Virus record (IMG/VR): IMGVR_UViG_3300029610_000240
Reading direction: 5' to 3' (one strand)
Length of the DNA: 64,000 nt
DNA from: a virus
Taxonomy: Duplodnaviria > Heunggongvirae > Uroviricota > Caudoviricetes
Made by a program: the position numbers and the translations under genes. Shown here one piece after another: positions 54,054 to 60,988 of this stretch (position 1 is its first letter; every line of letters starts with the position of its first letter). The notes beneath the pieces were generated by a model. The model was given only the letters and a program-made list of their open reading frames with translations, searched no databases and was not told the origin of the DNA.

Positions 54054-54131
54054 AAAAAGCTGATCAATAATAACTGTTGTTACCATAATATTAATTTATG
54101 TTTTTGTATTTTGTCTATTGATCAGCTTTTT
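54054..54131 (+). terminator. 16-bp perfect long-loop inverted repeat with AGCTGATC core
   Basis: AAAAAGCTGATCAATA pairs perfectly with TATTGATCAGCTTTTT around a 46-nt loop. Confidence 0.5.
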
Positions 54132-54133
54132 GC

Positions 54134-55411
54134 ATGAAAATGAAAGTTATAAATATGGCAATGAAGAAAGTCGGTGATGATAAATTGAGAAGAAAAGTAG
54201 TCAGTTTTTTACTTGTTACACTTATGATGGCAACGATCACTCCTGTACATGCAGATGAGGTGTCAGAACCAACAACTGCTGCGACAGAAGTTACAACAAC
54301 AGAAACGAAGCCGACTACGACAGAAAAAAAAGAAACAACTCATCATAAGGAAAAAACAGTAAAAAAAGATAAGAAAACAAAAAAGAAAAATACTAAAAAA
54401 GATGGGAAAAAGAAAAGTAAACAAAAAGAAAAATCTAAAAAAAAGGAAAACAAAAAATCAACAATTCCGATGCCTAAACGGGCTGTAAAGAAAAAAGGTT
54501 GTGATACTGTACAAAAGAAGATTGTAAAAATGCAATCAAAGATTAAAAAGTTGCAGAAAGAACAAAAAAATATCCGAAAAGAGATCAAAAAAGAAAATAA
54601 TAAAAAAGAAGCACTGCAGCGATTTTATCAGCAATATCCTACAGAGCGTGAAGCAACTATGAAACTGCGAGGACAAAAGATTACACCTCTTACTAAGATT
54701 TCAGAGGAAGACGATGCATTAAGAAATAGATTATTCAGTTTAGCTAATACATTTCATGACGATCAACTACGTAAAATTGCCTCTGAGTACGTCTTTGGCG
54801 TAAGAGATCTTAATTTTGAAGACCTGTTAAACGAGGATGATACCATTGACCTTAATACATATTTAAAAGGCAAATATATTGCTCCAACGCAGAATATGCA
54901 GATAGGAATTAAAAATAAGGATCAAGAAATTCAAAAATTAAAGAAACAGATCAAAGAGGAAAAGAAAACCAGATTTTTTGATCCGAAAAACGTAAATTCT
55001 ATTAGCAATATTACAGTTGATGATGCTAAAAAGATGTTGTCTGGAACGCAATTATATCCAGAAGCAGAAGCTTTTGTTAAAGCAGAAAGAATTCATCATG
55101 TAAATGCAGTCTTTTTAATGGGAATTGCTGCACATGAAAGTGCCTGGGGAACAAGCCGGCGTGCCAGAGAAGATAATAATTTAACTGGATATGGAGTTTA
55201 CTCAGATAGTGCAAAGGGCATCAATAAGACAAGCAAAGAAGAAGGATTATTAGCCACCGCTGAGACATTGCACGAACGATACTTAACCCCTGGAGGCAGC
55301 TATTACGAAGGAACTTCCGTTGCTGATGTAAATAAACATTATTGTGTCGGAAATGAATGGGCCGGAGCGGTAGTTGGTTATGCTTATCAATTAATGAATA
55401 AACTAAATTAG
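54134..55411 (+). CDS. secreted Lys-rich protein with C-terminal GH73-type glucosaminidase domain
   Basis: Signal peptide and K/E-rich low-complexity linker. AVFLMGIAAHESAWGTSRRAREDNNLTGYGV is the FlgJ/GH73 catalytic region. Confidence 0.75.
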   Translation: MKMKVINMAMKKVGDDKLRRKVVSFLLVTLMMATITPVHADEVSEPTTAATEVTTTETKPTTTEKKETTHHKEKTVKKDKKTKKKNTKKDGKKKSKQKEKSKKKENKKSTIPMPKRAVKKKGCDTVQKKIVKMQSKIKKLQKEQKNIRKEIKKENNKKEALQRFYQQYPTEREATMKLRGQKITPLTKISEEDDALRNRLFSLANTFHDDQLRKIASEYVFGVRDLNFEDLLNEDDTIDLNTYLKGKYIAPTQNMQIGIKNKDQEIQKLKKQIKEEKKTRFFDPKNVNSISNITVDDAKKMLSGTQLYPEAEAFVKAERIHHVNAVFLMGIAAHESAWGTSRRAREDNNLTGYGVYSDSAKGINKTSKEEGLLATAETLHERYLTPGGSYYEGTSVADVNKHYCVGNEWAGAVVGYAYQLMNKLN

Positions 55412-55543
55412 ATATCATCAAAGAGGTTTTGGTTAACTAAAGGTTGATTATCGGTATATCATTGTTCGGTGTCTGTAGACAGCATTTTTTCAAATCTATA
55501 GTTGTTATAAAATAAGAGACACTTTCATGTATAGTGGAGTTTA

Positions 55544-55570
55544 GTTTCAGAAGTTTATAAAAACAGATAA
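55544..55570 (+). CRISPR. guide module G: single divergent repeat
   Basis: GTTTCAGAAGTTTATAAAAACAGATAA, preceded by the candidate guide GAGACACTTTCATGTATAGTGGAGTTTA. Confidence 0.5.
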
Positions 55571-55580
55571 CTATTAATGA

Positions 55581-55658
55581 TTATCTGTTTCATGGATTGT
55601 GTAAAAATAAGCAAATTAGCGAATATGCTCGTTGAAACGAGAGCTGTTAGATAACAGC
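55581..55658 (+). ncRNA. tracrRNA-like scaffold G
   Basis: TTATCTGTTT pairs perfectly with AAACAGATAA across a 10-nt loop. GATTGTGTAAAAAT, nexus variant AAGCAAATTAGCGAAT. Hairpins CTCGT-TGAA-ACGAG and GCTGTTA-GA-TAACAGC. Confidence 0.6.
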
Positions 55659-55710
55659 TAAAAATGTAACTATATAAATTAATTTGTAAATTATAGGGAG
55701 GACTATTTTA

Positions 55711-55866
55711 GTGAAACACGGTAAAGTTCCAACAAGAAATCAAAAAGAACTTATGTTAAAAAATAATCTTAATCCGAAAGAATGGCTGGTTGTAAAGAAA
55801 ATGGCGGATGGATTTGAGATTGTTAATAGAGAAAATGAAGCAGATCGTAAATTTCTGTATTGTTAA
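55711..55866 (+). CDS. 51-aa small protein
   Basis: GTG start behind GGGAGGA. Product MKHGKVPTRNQKELMLKNNLNPKEWLVVKK.. resembles small conserved proteins of Firmicutes mobile elements, recalled from memory. Below the ORF-track cut-off. Confidence 0.45.
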   Translation: MKHGKVPTRNQKELMLKNNLNPKEWLVVKKMADGFEIVNRENEADRKFLYC

Positions 55867-55875
55867 GGTGAAATA

Positions 55876-56091
55876 ATGATGGATATTTACACAAGATTAT
55901 TGATGATGGATATTATGATATCGGCAGTAGCTATTATGGTAAATATCTTAGAAAATTGTCCGATTAACGGTAAAATACACAATATTTCAAGAATTTTAAT
56001 CATATCTAGTATTGCTGCAGACATTATCTTACTTTTAGGAATTGTCAATACGTTCATCTCATACAGTATCCTGTATTCTTATTTTAAATAA
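55876..56091 (+). CDS. small membrane protein
   Basis: 71 aa with two hydrophobic helices. Its stop overlaps the first, partial repeat of module H. Confidence 0.45.
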   Translation: MMDIYTRLLMMDIMISAVAIMVNILENCPINGKIHNISRILIISSIAADIILLLGIVNTFISYSILYSYFK

Positions 56092-56094
56092 GAT

Positions 56095-56249
56095 ACAGAA
56101 GAATCATTGTCGATGTTAAACATATTATGTGAAACATTATTGTCAGGCTTTAGAAGTCTATAAAACAGAATCATTGTCAATGAGATCAAATTCTTTATGA
56201 CAACGCAATACAGCTTTAGAAGTCTATAAAACAGAATCATTGTCAATGG
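56095..56249 (+). CRISPR. guide module H mini-array (3 repeats)
   Basis: Repeats at 56095..56115 (3' half only), 56147..56183 and 56213..56249 (GCTTTAGAAGTCTATAAAACAGAATCATTGTCAATGG). Spacers: TTAAACATATTATGTGAAACATTATTGTCAG and GATCAAATTCTTTATGACAACGCAATACA. Confidence 0.8.
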
Positions 56250-56325
56250 TCAAATAAGCAGACTGCGTAAAAATAAGAATTTTATCGATATTGCTCGTGT
56301 AGTCGAGAACTGCCAAGTGGCAGCA
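56250..56325 (+). ncRNA. tracrRNA-like scaffold H
   Basis: TCAAATAAG linker, anti-repeat CAGACTGCGTAAAAAT, nexus AAGAATTTTATCGAT. Hairpins CTCG-TGTAGT-CGAG and CTGCC-AAGT-GGCAG (56310..56323). The next gene's RBS follows 18 nt later. Confidence 0.75.
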
Positions 56326-56352
56326 ACATTTATAATAAAAAGGAGGAATTAT

Positions 56353-57006
56353 ATGCGAAAACAAGTTTTTGCAACGATTGGTTGTGCTATCTTTTTACTG
56401 ATCGTAGTAGGTTTCCTGATGATGGCATATTCTTCTTATACAAAACATCAAGAGGAAATTGCTGAACAAAAATTAATAAAGCAGGAAAGAAAAGAATCAC
56501 GAAAAACACTTCAATCATCAGAAGAAAGGGAATGGAATCTGGACTGCCTGTGGGAGCATGTTATCGAAATTGATGGTACAGAAATTGAAGTACCAATTAA
56601 ATACAATGATCTGATCAAGACACTTGGAAACAAAGTGAAAGAAGCTAAAGATAAAAAAATCATGCTACAAAATGGACAGGTTTTATGGCTGAATTGTACA
56701 AAAGATGAAAAAGACTCTATGAATAATGGAAAAGATAAAGCAATGGTTTATGGTATATCTACACAACAGGACGCTAAAGATTCTTGTGTTACAATTCAGA
56801 AAATCAAAACTGGAATGTCTTATGATAAATTAAAGGAATATTATGAGACTCCAGTTACGAAAGATGATTCCCAAAGTATTTCTGTACTGCAATATGCTGA
56901 TCCGAAATCTGATTTAGATATCACACAGCAGAATGTGACTGTTTATCTGGATAACAATACAGTGGTTGGATTAGGTATATATTATGACGGAAGTAAGGAG
57001 GAATAG
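56353..57006 (+). CDS. membrane-anchored hypothetical protein
   Basis: ATG at 56353 behind AAAGGAGGA. One N-terminal TM helix. Confidence 0.55.
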   Translation: MRKQVFATIGCAIFLLIVVGFLMMAYSSYTKHQEEIAEQKLIKQERKESRKTLQSSEEREWNLDCLWEHVIEIDGTEIEVPIKYNDLIKTLGNKVKEAKDKKIMLQNGQVLWLNCTKDEKDSMNNGKDKAMVYGISTQQDAKDSCVTIQKIKTGMSYDKLKEYYETPVTKDDSQSISVLQYADPKSDLDITQQNVTVYLDNNTVVGLGIYYDGSKEE

Positions 57007-57007
57007 G

Positions 57008-57238
57008 ATGGAAAATAAAAATAAACCAAACCAAGAATTATTAACTATTAAAGAAACGGCAAAATTATTAAAAGTAAATCCACATAGAGTATATGACTTA
57101 GTGAGAATGGGAATTTTGCCAGCACTAAAATTAGGAAGCCTGAAAATACGAAGACAGGCATTAAATGAATTCCTTGAAGAATATGAAGGGATGGATCTGA
57201 CAGATTTAAATGAGATCAAAAAATTAGAAGTTAAATAA
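57008..57238 (+). CDS. excisionase-type HTH DNA-binding protein
   Basis: ATG behind AAGGAGGA. LLTIKETAKLLKVNPHRVYDLVRMGILPALKLGSLKIRRQALNEF is the excisionase/MerR-like winged helix. Confidence 0.7.
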   Translation: MENKNKPNQELLTIKETAKLLKVNPHRVYDLVRMGILPALKLGSLKIRRQALNEFLEEYEGMDLTDLNEIKKLEVK

Positions 57239-57660
57239 AAAGGAGCTGTTATGTCGGGATAATCTGATATAATAGCTCTTTTTTTGTAGCAAATTCTAAA
57301 TACTAATTAACAAATTAACTATATTATAAAGGATAATTTGATGATGGTAAATAATGAAGTCCCACGTCAGGCCCACGGAGAGTGCGGCACGAATAAGCAC
57401 GTATATGCATAATATACATAAAAATAGCATGCGTGATACGTTCTGGTTGTGAAAAATATACGAAAAAAGCACAAAATAACACGATATAACATAGGTAGTC
57501 ATTCGCAGTTGGGTTGGGTAACAACCCAATGGTAGGAGCTACAGTAGCTGTAGCTGTATCTATTGAGGAAGCTGCTAAAGCAGGTAAATTCTAGGAAACC
57601 ACGTATTTAAGCGGTTTTTTGAGGGTGTTAGAAGTGGTAAAAAGTAGTGAAATGTAGACA

Positions 57661-57704
57661 ATCTCTATATTATCTCTACACTATCTCTATACCACATCTC
57701 TACA
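57661..57704 (+). repeat. four direct ATCTCTA(T/C)A repeats (candidate recombinase arm sites)
   Basis: Copies start at 57661, 57672, 57683 and 57696 (spacing 11, 11, 13 bp), about 65 bp beyond the 3' end (stop) of the integrase gene. Confidence 0.5.
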
Positions 57705-57769
57705 CTCAAAAATGTGAATAAGAAGAGAGAGCCAATTAATTTTGACTCTCTTTTTTTCTTCGTTTTATT

Positions 57770-59011
57770 TTATTTTATTTTCATGATCTCGGCCATTAGC
57801 CACTCTGGTTTTCGTTTTGTGTAAGTAGCTTCTGTGATATCGTTGATCTTGTGACCCATCATATATTTTAATGCATATTCATCTACTTTATCTCTTTTTG
57901 CCATCGTGGAAAACTGAATCCTTGGATCATGAGCTCTGTGATCTGGATTGAGCTCTAATTTCTTAACAATCTTTTCGAATCGATGTCTATATTTATCATA
58001 CGTCATTTTTAAGCTACTTCGGTGTGTTTTTGTATCAGTGCAGTTGATTAAATAATCACTTCCAAGATTTATTGCTTCCTGGTATCGATGCTTGACTAGA
58101 TCACGAATCCGTGGATGGATTGGAACCAAGCGATCTTTACCTGCGTCAGTCTTCATACCGCCGATAAAAAACCAATTTTCCAGATCTACATTTTTTAATT
58201 CAATTAGACCCAATTCTTGTGGTCGCCATCCAGAGTAGCATTGGATCAGAATCACATCCACATAATCAGTATCATACAAATGATCCCATAATTTTTTTAT
58301 TTCTTCATCCGTAAAATCAATATGGTCCTTCTTCGCTTCTTTAACATCTTTAATAACATCATCAGACAAATTAAAGGTCCTTGCATAATTCTTGTCTACT
58401 AATTCATACTCTAGCGCATAATCCAACATTAAGTTGAATAGAGATTTTATCTTTGTCTTTGTAGTAGGAGATGCGTGTTTTTCTTTACCATCGACTACAT
58501 ACGTTCCATCTTCCATACAACCTTTAATATGTCGGGCACGTAAATCTTTTGCACGCATATCATAAACAGCAGAGCAGTAGTTCCAGGCAGATTTAATTGT
58601 ACGTTCACTTGAAGGACTTGACAGGGATTCAAAATATTTATCAGTCCACTTTTCGTATAATTGCTCGACTGTCAGATCAGAGTCAAGATCATACGGATTT
58701 TTATGATATTCAAGTAATGCAGCGTAAGCATCATTATAGGTTTTGAAATATGTTTCTGGTTTCAATGATTTATAAATAGGTTTTCCATAAAAATTTTTTC
58801 CAACACAGACTAATGCACGAAAAGGCTTTCTAAGATTTTGATTTTTTAATTCGGATATAGTGCCAAATCCATTTGGAAGACGTTTTCGTTTATTAGTTTT
58901 TCTTTGTTGTTGTTTAATAACTTTTGTATCTAGAGGATAACCGCAGTGAGGACAAGTTATTGCCTTATCACTTACCTGCAATTGACATTCTGGACATTTG
59001 ATCAGTGCCAT
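57770..59011 (-). CDS. tyrosine recombinase/integrase with N-terminal zinc ribbon
   Basis: CPECQ..CPHCG at the N-terminus. C-terminal catalytic pattern RAHDPRIQF..MMGHKINDITEATYTKR (R..HxxR..Y). Confidence 0.85.
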   Translation of the reverse strand: MALIKCPECQLQVSDKAITCPHCGYPLDTKVIKQQQRKTNKRKRLPNGFGTISELKNQNLRKPFRALVCVGKNFYGKPIYKSLKPETYFKTYNDAYAALLEYHKNPYDLDSDLTVEQLYEKWTDKYFESLSSPSSERTIKSAWNYCSAVYDMRAKDLRARHIKGCMEDGTYVVDGKEKHASPTTKTKIKSLFNLMLDYALEYELVDKNYARTFNLSDDVIKDVKEAKKDHIDFTDEEIKKLWDHLYDTDYVDVILIQCYSGWRPQELGLIELKNVDLENWFFIGGMKTDAGKDRLVPIHPRIRDLVKHRYQEAINLGSDYLINCTDTKTHRSSLKMTYDKYRHRFEKIVKKLELNPDHRAHDPRIQFSTMAKRDKVDEYALKYMMGHKINDITEATYTKRKPEWLMAEIMKIK

Positions 59012-59177
59012 ATATCATCATTCCTTTCTAAAAAAGGGTACAAAAAATACACCCTTATCAATTTGTAATTTTGCAGGATGTATGATATAATTCTGGTGTT
59101 CAGGCAGAGATTACATCAATCACCCATGATTGATAATTTCTGAAATTCCGTCCAGTTGGTAGCTGGGCGGTTTTCTT

Positions 59178-59864
59178 TTATTGTAAATTACTTACATTAT
59201 CAAATAATTTCCAGATATAGTTAGAATATTTTTGATACGGAAAATAATAATTACTTTTTGGAGTAGGAGTTCCGTTTTTGTCAAGGATATTCTTCAGTCG
59301 AACAGTTTCAGCGTCAAGCTTTTCCCAAGTCTTTTTGAATTTAGAATAATGTTTACCTTGTACAGAATAAACAAATTTATTCCAAGAATTTCTTTTTTTA
59401 TAATTTTTATTTAAGTCGGAAATGGTTTTATCAATATTTAATTTGTTTCCGCAAGAGTCGGTTCCATCTTCTATATAGTGATATATATCACAGTATCCAT
59501 TGTTCCAAATATCTTCACACTGCCAGTCATAAGCATCCCATAATTTATTAGTTATTGATTTATGACTACGAACAGATACTTCACATTTTAATGTTTGACC
59601 ATTAACTTTTGCAGTAATATAAGCAGTTCCAGATTTTTTAGCAATAACCTTTCCAGACTTTGTAACTGCTACAACTTTCTTTTTACTAGAACTCCATTTA
59701 ACTTTCTTTTTCGTTCCTTTAATTTTTAGCGTATAGCTATTTTTCTTTGGTAAAGTTATGAATGTTTTATTTATTGTTGTATTCTGTTTTGCGTGTATCG
59801 GTACAGCAGGTAATAGCATCATTGCAGACAATGCAACGCATAAAAACTTTTTTTTCATACGCAT
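59178..59864 (-). CDS. secreted Big_2-domain protein
   Basis: Signal peptide. KVKWSSSKKKVVAVTKSGKVIAKKSGTAYITAKV is Big_2-like. Confidence 0.7.
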   Translation of the reverse strand: MRMKKKFLCVALSAMMLLPAVPIHAKQNTTINKTFITLPKKNSYTLKIKGTKKKVKWSSSKKKVVAVTKSGKVIAKKSGTAYITAKVNGQTLKCEVSVRSHKSITNKLWDAYDWQCEDIWNNGYCDIYHYIEDGTDSCGNKLNIDKTISDLNKNYKKRNSWNKFVYSVQGKHYSKFKKTWEKLDAETVRLKNILDKNGTPTPKSNYYFPYQKYSNYIWKLFDNVSNLQ

Positions 59865-59932
59865 TTCTCCTTCTTTATTTTAATAATAAAAACGACAATT
59901 CGAGATTATATCCCATTAAGTCATTTAGATAA

Positions 59933-60540
59933 TTATTTCACAGTAGTTTTTGAAACATTTAGATAATCAATAATGTAACCATCTGATGCCCAGATACTAA
60001 AAACACCTGCGAAAGAAGTACATTCAGGATTTTTAATTTTAGCTTTTAAAATAAAATTTCTAGTGTCTTTTGAAGCAATATACGGAGAAGTGGTCATTTC
60101 ATCTGGTTCGTAATCCGTATCGTTCAATTTAAAATATTCACAGTCAAACTTAAATAAGGAATCTGTTTTATTATATACTGAAAACGCAATTTCAGAAGAA
60201 GTTGTATATGCCAACTTTATCTGAAGTTTATCGTTATCCAAAATAATTCTATTATATGTATAATTTTTAACAGTAGGAGCTGAAGGGGTTTTAACAACTT
60301 TCTTTTTGATAGTCATTTTGCTCCGATAAGTCTTTTTACCGATCTTAGCTTTTATATAAGCTGATCCAACTTTCAGCCCTTTGATAGTTGCATATTTGTT
60401 ATTTTTGTTCACTATTCTTATTTTATTATTAGATACTGTCCATTTTACTTTAGTTTTATTGTTCTGTAAATTAATTTTACAAGTCTGGTTAATATAAATA
60501 GTCTTTTTTAATGGTGTAATACTTACTTTAGATTTTATCC
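59933..60540 (-). pseudogene. 5'-truncated paralogue of the Big_2 protein
   Basis: Big_2 segment KVKWTVSNNKIRIV..GSAYIKAKIG but no Met or signal peptide. The listed ORF extension (to 60862) is antisense to the parA/parB relics. Confidence 0.5.
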
Positions 60541-60693
60541 ATGATTGAAGTATTTGAAAATGTGATCCCGATGTCTGTAAAAGCTGCTGAGACCAGTGCA
60601 GAGGGAAAAAGCATCTACATGCATTGTCCGAAAGGAAAGGTTGCAGAGGCCTATATGAACTTAACACAGGAGGTTTTGAAGAATGAAAAATAG
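60541..60693 (+). pseudogene. ParA/Soj C-terminal fragment
   Basis: Translates to ..VFENVIPMSVKAAETSAEGKSIYMHCPKGKVAEAYMNLTQEVLKNEK, a typical ParA C-terminus with no upstream part. Confidence 0.65.
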
Positions 60694-60799
60694 AAGTGGC
60701 GAAAAGATTAAACTGGCAAGCATTGATGAACTGCTTGGTGTGGTAAATGAAGAATCTGCAATGGAGATAGAAATTAGTAAGATCCATCCGTTTAAAATT
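60683..60799 (+). pseudogene. ParB-like N-terminal fragment
   Basis: MKNRSGEKIKLASIDELLGVVNEESAMEIEISKIHPFK, broken where family members continue with NHPF. Confidence 0.6.
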
Positions 60800-60912
60800 G
60801 TGCGCCCAGATAAGGGCGAGTAGTCTAGCAGGTGGAATGCCTGTCTGGTAAGGTCTAACCAACCGCCAGTAGCGAGTCTTGGGTCTTCCATAGTCTGCGC
60901 CATACCAGCGTT
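60800..60912 (+). mobile_element. 5' fragment of a group II intron (about 110 bp)
   Basis: GTGCGCCCAGATAAGGGCGAGTAG.. matches the conserved bacterial group II intron 5' end (GUGCG; Ll.LtrB starts GTGCGCCCAGATAGGGTG). No RT/maturase or domain V follows. Confidence 0.6.
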
Positions 60913-60935
60913 TATGAAGAAAAAATCAAAGGCTC

Positions 60936-60966
60936 TTGACTTGGAGTTAACTTCAAGTAGTATACT
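60936..60966 (+). promoter_or_regulatory. MerR-type promoter with 19-bp spacer and dyad operator
   Basis: TTGACT, 19 nt, TATACT. The spacer carries the near-palindrome ACTTGGAGTTAACTTCAAGT (60939..60958). Confidence 0.65.
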
Positions 60967-60988
60967 AATCGAAACAGGAGGTAAAAAG

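Noticed and set aside
54340-54600. A-rich low-complexity stretch, considered as a simple-sequence repeat or regulatory region
   Set aside because: It is in frame within the GH73 protein and encodes a Lys/Glu-rich linker.
59066-59094. Similarity of TTGTAATTTTGCAGGATGTATGATATAATT to 25057..25085 (TTGTAATTTGTCAAGGTTATTGTATAATT), considered as attR/attL direct repeats
   Set aside because: The shared bases are essentially the -35/-10 promoter consensus (TTGnnn-17-TATAAT), so this is not evidence for att sites. The island's left boundary remains undetermined.
60541-60903. N-terminal 100 aa of minus-strand ORF 59933..60862, and minus-strand ORF 60661..60903
   Set aside because: They are antisense to recognisable parA/parB fragments and the group II intron stub, with no start context.
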